A stretch of 61,697 nt of DNA, filler included, from Platydemus manokwari (GCA_037951405.1; 5 parts of 5 records of this genome joined end to end with filler, not necessarily neighbours in it), one strand, 5' to 3'. Positions 14,801 through 29,466 are shown, counted from the whole stretch's first letter. Numbers and translations: made by a program. Notes: generated by a model from the letters alone, not told the origin.

Positions 14801-17800
14801 TAAACCGCTTTTGATTAAATTTTGACCTGTATTTTAAAATTTGTAAAAGTATAAAATATTTCACAGAAATGTAATACGAAAGATATAACAATGATGTAAG
14901 GACAACCAAACCTTCGACATTCCAAAATTAATGAAGAAAATTTTTTTAAACTTTCTAATAATTACAAACATATCGAATCCCAGTCAATAAAAGAAAATAT
15001 TCTCAATAAGCGTTTATCAGGTTGATAGCTGATGTTAAATGGAGTTTGTTTTTCAACTCGTCTGTACTTCACTTGTACATTTCATTCGATTAATTTCAAG
15101 GATTGTTAGCTGTTTAGAAATTTTATTGTCGATTTTCCGATGAATAAATAAGAAAATGTCTTTTTGTACTTTTATCCAATCATCTGAGGCTTAGTTGGAG
15201 CAGACTATTAAATTTCTCGATGGGAAAATTAAATTTTCTAAAATTTTTTGACACGAAAATCTTTTAAACAAAATCCAACATGTTGTTTGTTATCAGCTGT
15301 ACTTAATTTTAAGAATTCTAAAATCCGATAATTCACCCCTATCAATAAATAAATCATTTAAGATCAATTAATAATTTATAATTTTACCCATCCATGAGTC
15401 TCGAAATAAAATAAATTATTTTTCATTTATTTACTAAACTATAAATCGTTTGTGCTTTGAGGAATCCTTGTAAAATATAGAAATCTGAGAAATCCTCTAA
15501 AAATTATTAAAATCGGACAAAAAGAATGATGTCTATTACTGTTCGAACTGATCAAAAAGTCACTTTTAAAAAGTAGGAACTAAAATAATTTCTAAAAGTA
15601 GAAAAGAAATAAAAATAAAGCAAATATGTATTAATAAAATGAATTTAAATCGATAATTGAGTTAATAAATGTTTGATCGATATTTATAATTGTGATTATC
15701 GATAATTCATAATTTTTAAATTCAATCTAATTATATGATTTTTCCGAGTTTGATAATCAGATCACTGATATTATTCAAGTACAAGCATTTAATAATATAC
15801 CAACGATTAACTCAAAAGTTGATAGGTAGGTTGTAAATAGTATGAAAGAAAGTTAAAACGGTTGAAAACACTTCATGTTGAATGCAACAATATATGTACA
15901 CAAGACATCAACTAATCTTGAATGAGATTAATTTCAAATATCCTCGACTAAGTAGGCCAATCAGATAGCTATAAAAACACGAAGAGTCATTGAAAGCAAC
16001 TAAAAAGGAAGTTTTGAAAATCAGTATTAAATATGACACCAATTTCATGCACACTCAATCATTATAAAAAGGCAGTTATTTGTGCAGCCAGTGTCAATTC
16101 GGTTATTCATTTTGTTTTTATTATTTTTTATGACCTGTCTTTATAAATTAAAATTATCGTTTTCTCATTTCGCTCCAAAAGAATTACTTAACACCATTGA
16201 GTTGGTGTACTTCTAAATTTAATGCATATTGTTATATTTGAGTTTAGATCATCTGTGATCTGGAATTATCTGACGAAATAGCTGACATAAAACATTCCAA
16301 TTTGAAGGAATTTTATTTTAAATTTCCACAGTTTGTTTAAATTGTTTCAATCAACAATAAATTTACCTGATTTCGTCACTCGTAAAATGAGTGTCCTTGA
16401 AAAATTCGGATTAATCGATAATCTCTAACATGATGGTTACCATTTAATAAAACTTGATAATTATTCAAAGAGTACATTGGTAGATTAATAGTATGAAAAT
16501 TTTCCTTTTTTTATTTGTATTTTCGAAACACCGAACTTAGATCAAAATATTACGAGACAAAGTAACCGTTTTTTCTCGCAATAACAGCTGGACAGCTTTA
16601 ATTTCATTTGAATACATCTGGTTTACGTTCTTAGTCTGGTACGTACTTGGTTTTGTTTCCATTTCTTTATGTGTCAGCATGATACACACACATTTTTATT
16701 AAGATCAGACTTTAGTCAGATCTGCATTGGAAACGTTATTTTTATTTTATTTTTAGACATGAATTGAGGTGGCTTCTATTTTCGGTCACAGTATTTTAAG
16801 AGTTACTGCCAAGTTATAAAGTAAAATTTTAATCCTTCACCAGAAAATGTCAAAAAATAAAAAAAAAATAATGAATTCACGTATTTTGTTGGAAATTTCT
16901 GCCCAAATTCCTCTACATGTGGAGACGTGACAATGAATCAGATAATTATTCAAATTTACAGAAATCTTTCTTCATACCAAATAAGAAATGGCCAAATTTT
17001 CAATCCCAATTTATCGAAATTAGAAAATTCTCTTTCGAAGTCGAATGTTTCTTGTCGAATAATCGTGGTTATTGGATATTTTTCATAAAATTAGGGTCAT
17101 GCTGGTCCTTCTGATCACATGATATACCATGTGTAAAAGATGATTTGTCAATGAAAATGAGCTCCATTATCTTTCAATTTTAAGCCGTTTTGTGACATTC
17201 TTTCCAGAGGCTATAAATTCATTTGAAATACCAAGTTGACATCCCAATAAATAATAAGAAGTAAGAGGTACTGAGTTAATGATTATGGGTTTTTTTCTTT
17301 TTTCAACATAGCATTCCTATCTGTTAACTGCTTTCAAATAAGTCTGTATTTGTCTATCTAATTTTAATTTTCTCTCTTCATCCAAGATGTTTAGAGATTC
17401 CTACATTTTGATTCAACATTTCAAAAACTAGAGAAAATAACAAAATTAATTGGTCCAAAGATTCAGCAAGGAAATCATATAATTAGCACTGTACAGGGTT
17501 TTTAGTTAATTTACGATTATATTGTAAGTAGAATCTTTTCCAGAATTTGATAAAGTGATTCATCAGGATTTGAAGAGGTTTCGAATGCAAATCATTCAAA
17601 CAAAAAATAGCCGATCAATAAATAGCAACTCAAATAATAACAAAATAAGATAATCACAGATTGTTCTTTATTTTAGTTCCAAATTGTCTGTTGGAACCCA
17701 CGATCTATACCAACTTTTAATGAATAGGCGCAAGATTTTATGTTGAAAGGAAGGAATCTTTGTTATTTGGATCATTGGACTTTAAAACGAAAACCTGTTC

Positions 17801-18429
17801 ACATTAGTATGTTTAGTGCTGAACCAAGATATTGCAAAGCATAAGTTTTCAAATCAGCTTAGAAATCTCCATTTCGGATTGGTTCTTCATCATTGATCCG
17901 AATAAATACAAAAAAATACAAATATCCCAAAAGCGAAACAAAGAAGTCATGAAATTTAAGACCAGAATATACTAACAAATGAGAACTCTAAATTATTGTA
18001 TCAACATCATTGACAGGTCTTTGACTAGAAAATGAAATGGCTATCCATGGAATTCCTCAAATTTATTTATAAAATTCTAAATGTTATCGGAAACTTCAAT
18101 AGTACATTGTTCCTCTACAAGATAGGCCACAGATACTCAAAAAATCTATAATTAATAAATACTGAGTCTACCATTTCGAGTACCCTGCAAAACTATATCA
18201 CCAGGAGATTCAATAAATGGTTGATTTTATTCGAAGAACTAGGCGTTTGTCAAGCCACAGATATTTGTGTAATATTTTCCAATATAATATCTTCAAAAAT
18301 CACAAAAAATCATTCTAAATAAAAAATTTATAAAAATCCCGAAGTATTTTAAAATATCAGTTCGGAAATTTATGCGCGCATTCAAAAAATACGATCAAAA
18401 TAATTTTTTGAATTATTTAAGGCCACAGT

Positions 18430-18760
18430 AAGGCCGTACAGTGGATTGTCGACCAAATAATGAATCAATATTCCAAGCTATTTCATACTAGAGAAATAAG
18501 AATTTGTGAAGAATGATAGCAACAGGTCCAGAAACCAGAAATATTGATTCACTAAGACAATAAAAAGTTATCAAGCTGTTCAGGACAAAGTAAAGAAATG
18601 AGTTGGGAAGTTTTTGCTTTGGTGGTGATAATTTTCAGTGAAGAGATTCGCTAAATTTATGATATTTGTGAAAAACTGTATTTGAATTCTAAAAGCCTGA
18701 AGATTAAGGCAGATATTAGACCTTCAACTGACGTGGATTGCTTTAACAAATATATTATTT
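18430..18760 (+). mobile_element. Highly decayed mariner transposase fragment
   Basis: Reads ILIH*DN...KEMSWEVF, resembling mariner ILxHDN...ELGWEVL; weak otherwise. Confidence 0.4.
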
Positions 18761-19659
18761 CTTATATAACTGTAATTTTGCGATGTTGTTCTTTAAATGC
18801 ACTGGTTTCAATATATTGTTATAAAAAAATAATATGATTATCATTATTATTACAACATATATCGTAATTATTTTCTTTTTTCTCATAATTTTTTCTTAAT
18901 TTTATTTTTTTGATATTTTTATTATTATTGGAAGAGACGATGTAATTTTGTTTAAAATGCTCTGCATTTTTCATTTGAATTTGGCAAGCAGCACGATTCC
19001 AAAGAATCAATATAACTCATATAGAAATGTTTCACAAAGAATCTCTGTTGATTCAAATTATTTATTGAAATCTTATTAACAAGTTTAAAAATAAATCAAA
19101 ATCTGCGCACATTCAAACCGATTCAAACAATTTGTATTAAAAAGATTAATCTTCGAAAATAATTCAGAAAAGTTAAACACATTATTCAAAACAATCGTTA
19201 TGTTAGGTTTATGATGATGGTTTTGTACGATGGATTTATGAATCTAAAGGAGCTCTTGTTTTTATTGGCTTATCAGCTGATTAAATCGAGATGATTGATT
19301 TATAATTTAATTGATTGATACACCTGATTCTAATAGATGTATGTATAATTATGAGCCAAAATAAAAATATTTAAAATGTACATCAATAATGGAATAAATA
19401 ATTCAATCAATAAAATATAGTTGCTATTACAAGTTCTAAAATGGCTGATAATACAACATTTTCAATAAAGTACTACGATTAAAATATAAAATCAAAATCG
19501 TGTTTTATGATGCCGTTAAATAAGTAGTTTGTGATGCTGATTAAACTACTTCTGTTCACAATTACCTATTTTACAGGTAATGTTATTATCTGATAATCTT
19601 ATTATTATAGGTAATTCATACTTGTTGTAAATCAATGAAATGTTGCAAATTGGTTTTAT

Positions 19660-19769
19660 TAAATATGGTGAGCTATGACTTATTTTTAGTAATATAAATG
19701 TTCTTTGGTGTCACCAAGATCTTAAAAATGGAAAAATGGGTAGCCATAGGAAAAGATTGAGAGCCGCTG
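19660..19769. mobile_element. Probable hAT/Charlie terminal fragment
   Basis: Ends AAAAGATTGAGAGCCGCTG followed by CTCTAG, resembling Charlie termini and their TCTAG-type target; no partner TIR found. Confidence 0.35.
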
Positions 19770-22700
19770 CTCTAGTTGAACTGGATTCAATTAAAGTTAG
19801 TATTGATTGAATTGAAAATTTCAAATTTTCGTCGTCTACTGTTTCTTCTGTATTGACCTATTAGTATTCAGTTTTAAGCTAACCTTCTGATCTTTATTAA
19901 TCACCTCGTCGGTCAAGTCTAATTTAATCTTTTTCCAGCTATACGATTATGTTGATTCTTTTTAAGTGTGCCCTTCAGTTTGATAGTGCCTTAATTATAT
20001 TGATTTTCTTAATTAAATTTTTTCTTTATTTTAATTTTATCCTTTATTAGTATTTATTGCTCATATTTTTTTAAATTACTTATATGATTACTATTATCTG
20101 GCAACTTAATGGTTTTAATTCTATATTCGTGTAGTTTTATTTGTATTTTTAGATAAAATGATATTCTTCACTTGGAGTTGACTCACAGGAACATTTTGTA
20201 AAATCTTGCGTGTAATTCATTGTTTATTTATTATAGGGGTTGTACCGAACAGTTAATTAAATAATCTTAAATAACAGTTATTGAGACTTATTCAGTGTTT
20301 TATTATTTTCCTCACTCGTTACATTATTATTGATTCAATGGATATTCGGGTGCATTTTAAGCGGAATAGTAGTTTATAATTAAGCATGTCAATTGATTCA
20401 ATGGATAACCATTACATGCAGGCAAACAATGGCGACTATTTTTAATAGAATGATACAGACAGAACAGATATAAACGCAATTAACGAAAAGATTATGGAAT
20501 AAATAAAATGGGTGATAGATAACACCGCCCTGTCAATGGATTATAAATATGCATTACTTTCGAGTAAAAATTCCTTACATTCTGAAAGTTAGATTTCGTA
20601 GTGAGAAATTTTAGAAGTGAAATTACATTTTAATTCGTCATTGTGTACAATCAAGTAGATGAGTCCAAACGTAAGGACCTGGATTATAAATTAAAAAAAA
20701 CTCACTCTCCTTATCTAATAAATTCAGTTGAGTGCTCATATTCCAGGAGCATGCTGCAAAGAGGACAATTTGCTTTTTCATAGATTTTCGATTATAAAAC
20801 GAAATAAAAGTTTTAAACATTGCCATACCTTTTTCAAGCAAATCTCATTTGTCACATGTATCTCTGTGATTGGAGGTTCATGATGAGATAAGCATAGATT
20901 ATAATACAATTTGTAATTGTCTCATGCACTGCATTGCTACTCATGCAAAAACCATCTCAATACAGAAACAAAAATCGAGTAACAACTGTGATAATAAGAC
21001 GTTTCACCCAAAACCATCACTTAATCAAATGATGAGTTATACTTGTTAATGTGACTGTCTTCATACGATTCATAGAAGTCCCATTTAGAAAAAGTGGTTT
21101 TAACGAAAACAAAAATGCCATAAAGCTAATTAAAATGAAGTTGAGTAAAATTTTGAAGGTCTATCGTGTGCCGACTTTGATTTTCAAAATTTTCTGTAAA
21201 TAATTTTTCGCGATTAATAAAATTTCTTGAATTTATTTTCACAAGAAATCTCGATAAATTTTTCTCTTTTTTTATTATTTTCATCCGTTGTTTGTGTTAC
21301 CGGTTTTTGAGTTTAGATCTTGTGATGCGTATCAACTTCATAATAAATCAATTCCAAATTTAAAAAATTCGGTCCCATAGCTTTAATCACAAACCGATGA
21401 TTTGTTATTCATCTTATTCGTGAACATATTTACAATAACCTCAACAGCCAATAGAATTTAAGTAAAGTGAATATATAAATTTCCAATGCGATTATCACGT
21501 TTGATTTCTGGTTCTAAAGTAAGTTCTAAAAGTAGATAATATTAAAATTGAATATAAAACTTATTATTTATTATATCCGCTGTAAAAACTCTTTAGTTCG
21601 AACTTGAAATTATTTTATTTTTAATATTGCCTGAAAGATTTGTTTTTGAAATTAGGCGATTTGATTCTGCTAGACAAGGGGATTTTTCGGTTTGACATGA
21701 ATCTATTTCTTTCTGTTTGTCAAACTCGTGAAGATTGTTTCTTGATTTTTTATGTTTGGCTGTCAGGGTTGTTTGTTTGGTACCTTTTCAATCCCTATTT
21801 TTACAGAAAGGCTCTTGAGAAATTTTAACATTTCCAGAGGTTATATAAATCAAAACCCATTCAAGTCTGTTGATATCGATTCTTTACGATATTGATTGAA
21901 TATGAATTTATAAAGTAATAAAAGAAAACAATGTTGTGAAATATTTATAACAAATGTCGATAAGTTCATTCCTGGTTGTCTTGTGAACAATATAAGACAT
22001 CGCACAATTTGAATTCATATAATATGATTCCACCAAATAAACCCATCATTATGATTTATTGGAATTTTTCAAGATTTAATTAAAGATATTTATTTTGATT
22101 TTTAAATTTATTGATGTGATTAGAACAATTATCGAACAGAATATTGATTAAAGTGAATCATTTCCAATTTACAGTGCACAGCAAACATCAATTATTAAAA
22201 TGTGCAAAGCCTCGTAAATATATAAACAGAAATTCAAAGAATGTCTTTCATTTAACAAAACCAAAACTTTAGATTTTATTTTATGATTAACTGTTAGAAT
22301 AGAATTGATTTATTTAGAACAGTATTTTCACGTTAAACGTAATCTCATACAAGATGCAAAACGATTCGAAATGGGAAGATGCTTGCACTTTTTCGAGCAT
22401 TATTGGAGTAGTAACGACAATGCAGATTTTATTGATTTGATTATTTTTCTTATTATTTTTAATAATTATTTTAAAATAAATAAATAAATAAATATTTTAA
22501 TTTAATTTATTATATTTTAATAGGCTTACAAATGATTTTAAAATAAAAAATAATATTTTTTATTGATTTTATAAATTATCATTAATATTGAATTATTTCG
22601 ATATAATAATCGATTTGTAATTTAAAAGTTAAAATAATCGATATATTAATTATTTAATTAATGATTAATTAACTTTTACAAACGTCAATTCAATATTATA

Positions 22701-24799
22701 ATAACTAGGAAGAGAAAATGCCACCGGTCTCGAATTATCGAATTATTATAAATCCATTTTAAAGTAGTCATCGTTGATAAAAGAAATGCAAACATTAAAA
22801 TGTTTTTTCGAACGTTTTATAAATGATATTTTAAAATTTTAAACAAATAGATAATATTATGCGGAGTCAATTTTATGAATAAATGTTTTGAAATAAAATC
22901 GTCAACACCACAACTTGTTCATAAATCGATAAAGTAATTTTTCATCTGATCTTGATGATAAAATCAAAACTATAAATTCACACCCATATGTAAATAAACT
23001 ATTTATAAAATTATATATAATTAAATATAATTTTCGCACCAGAGATGGTTTGAACAATCTGATTTGGATTAATAAATGTGATTTTACTTTTAATTCTAAA
23101 ATAATCGTCGAATTCATTGGCCATATTAATAAAAATTTCACTTTTATTCCTGATATCAGATATAAATAAATATCACTTAAAATCTCGCTTATCAATCAGA
23201 CATTTTACAATAAAATTTTCCAATAATATTTGACGATATTGGTGAATTAAATATTATTTATATAATTGGCTTTCAAACTTGTTCAAGGATTTATTTTCAA
23301 ATAAGAATACTGAGGAAACATCTTTTCCCCAAATAAGGGTTTTTGTTATTTGACAATTCATTACAATAAACAGGAAACACTAATGCAATACAAGGCATTG
23401 TCGAGCGAAATAAAATTCATTTTGAGATTTCAACTTATTGTCGACATCAAGTTACAAATTAGTAGGGGAATTTACAAGTATCAAATTTTATTTTATTTTT
23501 TATCAATTCATTACTGCATAAAATCTTTTCTGGTTTTGAGATGAACTAATTTGGAACACGAAACGTATTTGGAACTTATAATTATTCATTAAACGAACTA
23601 TTTTTATGATTTTTGAGAATTAGGGGAAAGTTATTCTTAGAATTTTTAGGGAGAAAGTATTTAAGATTTGGTAAAATTAGCTTTCAGAAAAAATCTTTTG
23701 GTAATGAAAGAATATTAGTAAAACAAAATGAGAGATTATTTCATAAAATGGTAAATATATCGAATATGAAAACAGATGTCATAACAAAAGTATCTTTAAC
23801 GATCCTAAATCGGCCATCTACAGTGAGGATCCCGGAATAAAGAAAATTAGAAAAATGCAATAATTCGTTTATGAAACTGAAGAGAATTGTTGTATTTAAT
23901 CTATATTTGTAATTTAAAACGATTATTTTCAAGAAACGATGGTGGCATGTGAAGACAGATGTAAGATTTGAAGAATTATTTTATGATGACTGTAAGCTTC
24001 TACCATTTTAAAAACCATATACTAAAAACTAACTGAAAAGTCATGGAAAAATCTTGGAAATTCAAATAGGATTCTCGCAAACTTACGAAAGCAACTTTAA
24101 TTTTAAAGAATTTCTTTTCACTGAAACCAAAATAGTTCATTCTAACTATTATCATATCATTGAATATACTGACAGCCCATGTTTGATTTAATATTTTATT
24201 TCTAAAATCCGAGTTGACGTTGAATGATCATTGAACACAATTGCGTGTGTATACTGTGGGTTGGAGTTTGTATGATTCTAATTTTCACCATTCAATTGTT
24301 AAGCTAATTAAACTGTAGGGTAATTCGGTTTTTATATAAAGAAGAAATTCAAAAAAATCAAAGTAAATTATGTGATGTTTGGTTTGTAAGAAATTGATAA
24401 TTTATCAAAATTCAAGAAGTTATCTCGAATAACCATAAGTATTGAATATTGATTGTTAAAAATTTATAATTGGGTAATATTATGGTTCCTCACTTAATAT
24501 TAGTCTGTCATTGATATTATTTTAGCTTAAATGTGTTGCCATTTATCTAAAATTTTCATAATCCATCATAAATTATTTAACGGTAAGAGCTGATAATTTT
24601 AATCCACAATTTTCCGACATTGAGATAATTTCTTAAATTATAATTTATGTATGAAATTTATGTATCCACTTAATTGGATTTATAACTTCCAGCATTGTGA
24701 TAATTTGTTTTTTCGATAGTTGCTATATTATTGTTTCATTATCTTTTTATACAACACCAATTATTGTTATTATTTTATTTCAACTTATATTATAATTTT

Positions 24800-25229
24800 T
24801 AAATAGAGGCAATTTTTGCTAAAGTTAATAAAAAGGGTCGAATAGCAATTTATTGAAAATTAGCGAGGACCTCTTTTTTAATATTAGAAGCAAATTGAGA
24901 GATATTCTCAATTTTTACAATTATTTTATAAAAATAAGTGGTGATATTATTAAACATGTCTGTAATTAACTAACTCGATTTATAATTATAAAAATTTAAA
25001 TTTAAAATCTCAAATAATAATTTAGAAGTGTTGTGATTAAAATAGGAGCTTGGTTTTAAAACTATGTTTTGTCCCTATCAGACATCCTAAGAAATGAGAT
25101 ATTAACATAATTATACGAATAAATTAAATGCAGCATTTACATATAAAATTAAGTTATAAAATTATCTCATACGCGAAAAATTAATTATAACGAAAGTAGG
25201 TCAAAGGACCCTTCTTCTTAACTTAAGCC
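24800..25229 (-). mobile_element. Truncated inverted copy of the same MITE family
   Basis: Reverse complement matches 26407-~26830 (GAAAGTAGGTCAAAGGACCC...AACTTAAGCC, AATAGGAGCTTGGTTTTAAAACTATGTTTTGTCCC). Left boundary approximate. Confidence 0.8.
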
Positions 25230-25750
25230 AGAATTTTTTATAATATTAGATAATTAAAACAATTTTACATTTTTTCCAAGCCCAAACTAAAGATACATGA
25301 ATGAAAAAACGTTCTTAGATAATTATTTCAGATCACTTACATAATATATTATTTAAAAATCAATTATGTATATACTTGTTTGATTTAAGGAAAGAAAACT
25401 GTCGTTTTTATGAAAAATATTGAGGTCATTAACTTTGGTGTTTTAATATTTTTTTCTACTGTAGAAGTGGTTGTTTTTATTCATAATTATTGAGACACTG
25501 TTGATATCTTATAACGTATCAATTATTCAAAGATTTTTTTCTTAATGACCTACTCGGATAATACATTTTTAGTACTAATGAAAATAAAGTGTCTTAATAA
25601 GGCTCAATGGAAACAATTCAAATATTTGTATGAAAGTATTTCAATTTATCCAAGTTCAAAACAATGTCATTGCAGCTATTACGATTAAATATTATTTTAT
25701 CATTATCAAATTTAATATATATAAAAATTTGATTATCGTTTCGATTATAT

Positions 25751-25855
25751 CAGAGGTGGCCAACTTTTGTGTACGTAAGATCGACTTTTCATTTGAATAA
25801 CATATCTCGTGATAGACTAAAATTGGCTTCAAGATCGACCGGTTGGCCACCCCTG
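25751..25855. mobile_element. 105-bp hAT (Charlie-like) MITE
   Basis: TIRs CAGAGGTGGCCAAC / GTTGGCCACCCCTG with perfect 8-bp TSD GATTATAT (25743-25750, 25856-25863). Confidence 0.88.
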
Positions 25856-26406
25856 GATTATATAATAAAATACAAAATATTTAGCTTCAAAAAGAGCTTT
25901 TAGAAAAACATTTTCGTCAAAATAATGTTTGTTACTAATTTCCTAGTGATTTGAAATACATTGAAACAGTTTATCGACACAGTAATATGATTTAAAGGTT
26001 TTGTTTAAGTGAATTAAAAAAGTAAATTAAAAATAAATTCGAAAATTCTAGTTAATTGTGTGGCTTGTTAATTAAATATTTAGAATGAATCAAAAGTAAA
26101 ATTCCTTTATAGCAATTTATTTTATCAATTTATTTCTGTTAAGTTACAAAATTGATAGGATTACACGTTTATAAAAGTATCAATTAACAAATCGCGACAT
26201 TTTCAATCGAATGATAACAAGTTTAATGGGTTCGGATTTTTAAAATCAGAAATTTAATTTAATGAAATTTTAGTTTAAAATTGTCAATATTTTTTTTACC
26301 TGGAACATATGACGTAATATAATCATCGAAATGAATTGAACTCATCTCGTGTAATTACATTTTGTAACTAAGATATTTTTCATTTTGTTTTTCCAACAAA
26401 TATTTT

Positions 26407-27018
26407 GGCTTAAGTTAAGAAAAGGGATTCTTTGACCTACTTTCGTAATAATTTATTTTCGCGCACGAAATAATTTTACAACTTAATTTTATATGTAATT
26501 GCGATGTTTGATATAATCTTATAATTCAGTAAATATTTCATTTTTTAGGATGTCTAATAGGGACAAAACATAGTTTTAAAACCAAGCTCCTATTTTAATC
26601 ACAACACTTCTATATGATTATTTGAGTTTTTAAATTGAGATTCATTAAATTATAAATCGAGTTAATTAATTACAGATATGCTTAATAATATCATTGCTTA
26701 TTTTTATAAAATAACTGTAAAAATTGAGAGCATTTTTCAAATTGTTTTTAATGTTAAAAAAAGAGGTCCTCCATAATCTCCAACAAATAGCAATTCGACT
26801 TACTTTGACTCTTTTTCAAAAAATCATGTCTTAGGAGATTTTGAACCTTTAATCTATTTAATCTTTCTTTTCAAAAAACTGAAATTCTTCTAAAATTACT
26901 AAAATAAGAAATTCAAAATGTTTTTAAAGAATACAATTAAATAAACTATATAGATTTTTGCAATACACTCAATAAATAAGAAAATTTATTTTATGACCCC
27001 CTTTACTTTGATTTAGCC
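26407..27018 (+). mobile_element. Non-autonomous TIR element (MITE), Merlin-like, full length
   Basis: Imperfect ~24-bp TIRs (GGCTTAAGTTAAGAAAAGGG / CCCCTTTACTTTGATTTAGCC), perfect 8-bp TSD AATATTTT (26399-26406, 27019-27026), several other copies in window. GG-initial TIR with 8-bp TSD fits Merlin; superfamily is inference. Confidence 0.8.
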
Positions 27019-29366
27019 AATATTTTAGATTTAATTGATTTGAAAAGTTAAATCATTTTCAAAGTAAATTAAATTGACATATATAGTTTAACTAATCATA
27101 AAGATGACAAAGAATCATTATTAGTTAAAGCACCATTTAAAAGTGTCCATTTAGTACTAATTTGAGTTTTTTTAATTCGGCTATTATTAAAAGTGGTCGA
27201 ATATCAATACGTTTGTTGTGCCAGATGTCGGGAATTATTGTAATATATGTAATTCTTTTCTTTACGAGGTTTTATGAGACAGTTTATGAATCCACATTAG
27301 GTTATGATCTAGAAATGACATTTTTTTCTCTATATATTTACACTGGTTCAATAGTCTTGGCTTTTAATCCTCGTACAGATTTCACAATCGATAATGTATA
27401 AAAATGTCTGGTAGCATTAGCTATTTATAAAACAAATTCTAAAAGTACTCATTCACTCCCTTCTCAAACTGCGAAGTTTTTGTTAGAAACACAAACATAC
27501 AAGATGGTCACCTTGCTGAAAAAAGGTATCTAAATGTTGGAATTTCCAAGGAAATACCCCATTAATTATGAGCATACTGGTGCGTGTCATAAAATAGGTG
27601 ATTTAATTCTTTAACAATTAAAATTAAATCAACCAAACACACGATATAAATCATCAATTATTTCCCAATGTTTTTCGCATCGCACGTTTCAATTGATGAA
27701 ATTGGCGAAAGATTTCTGAAGATTTTTTGCATTTCTTTTGAATTGAACACAATTCTAATTGATTGGTTTATCTCAAAGAGATTTTCCAAAATCATCAACT
27801 AAATTGTCTGCCAGTTTGTTTTTCATTATTTAATGTTGTAAATTAATTGGTAAATTTTTTTTATTACGGTAACTAAATAAAATTTTTTCCCTTGGTAGTC
27901 ATTGGAATTTCTAATTATATATAAATTTTGCCATTCATATTTATAATTTAATCCATTAAATTATTAGTCATACCTAGTTTTAAAATATTTTATTAAGTAC
28001 ACAAAAGTTTCCGACAACTTAAATTGAATTATCTCATCGAAATTTAAGACCATTCATAAGATTAATAAATAATTTAAATAGAAGCATTCAATTTTCATTA
28101 CATTTGACTTAAACTATCAGGAAACAGATTTTATCAATATAAATGAATTATAATATGAAAACCTCAAAATTAAGTCGAGCAAAATTTATAAGAAGTCGAC
28201 AAATAAAAACCAATCTTTGTAAAATGATAAATTCTAAGATAAGCAATATCAAGTAATCTATAATATATTTGCAGCGTGATAAATACTACTTAGTTACATT
28301 CAAGTTCACCCAAATAGTTCATTTAAAGTTTAAATTCATCGAAATTGTTTATGTTTATTAATAACAAGTCTGTCGTAGTTGACAGAGTTAATTTTTACAT
28401 TTTATTTTCTTCGTTTATTTTTTGTTAGAAATTTTTAAAATCATTATACTAATCACATTTTTAAAATAAAATTCTAAACGAAATTAGATTAGTATTGTTA
28501 TTAAATATTACCATCTGATCTATACAAATTTAAAAATATGTCTAATAATTATAGCCAATGAATTATTGAGTGTTAAATTATTTTGATTTGATCTCAAACA
28601 ATAAGTGTAGTCATTTTATAATATTTAAATCGAACCATTATTTTAAAACAAAATGAAAGCAGAACTAACATTTTTAGAAACACTATCGATTTCAAGAAAA
28701 TAATCACGTCAATTCGGTACAGCTCATGTGGCATACAATACTACAGAATATCGCTATTATTATTGTATTGAGCTTAAGTCGAGATTAGGAATCACGACTA
28801 GCTGTATATCGGAAAAATATTTGACTTTGTTCTTGATTTAGTTGAGAATCCATATTGAAGAATAAATTCTAATCCATTCCCATCGTATATATAAAGAGAG
28901 AGAAATATTGTTATTTATATTTTCATAGATAAAAGCTAATAAATGAATTATGAATTGTTCAGATGGAGCTAGTCTGGGTGAACACTGTAATTCATTAAAT
29001 AATAAATAACATTATTTGATTACAACCGAAAAGTTATTAATAATTAATTTTTCTTACTATTTTTCTAATGAAATTCTAGAAATAAACTAAGGCGTAGATG
29101 GTTCACCATAACTCAAATCTGAAATCATATCAAAAACATTTATCCAATTAACAATCCGTAATTCTCATCACTATAGCGATGCACTAATATATTAATTAGG
29201 AATTTGGTTTATAGAATCATTCGATGATAACAAGTTTTATTCATAAAATTAAACCCACATAAAGCTATCGAATTGAAAAGAGAAATGCAATTATTTGTTA
29301 GGCAATTTTGAAATGAAAAAGAATCATAACTACAAATGATTGTGAAAATCTGTTTTTGTTAAGAAT

Positions 29367-29466
29367 NNNNNNNNNNNNNNNNNNNNNNNNNNNNNNNNNN
29401 NNNNNNNNNNTTAATTAATTAANNNNNNNNNNNNNNNNNNNNNNNNNNNNNNNNNNNNNNNNNNNN
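29367..29466. other. Artificial contig linker
   Basis: Same 100-bp spacer. Confidence 0.97.

Noticed and set aside
20654-20682. TAGATGAGTCC-AAACGTAA-GGAC resembling hammerhead ribozyme stem II
   Set aside because: Core CUGA is UAGA and the obligatory GAAA is absent; no stems I/III seen.
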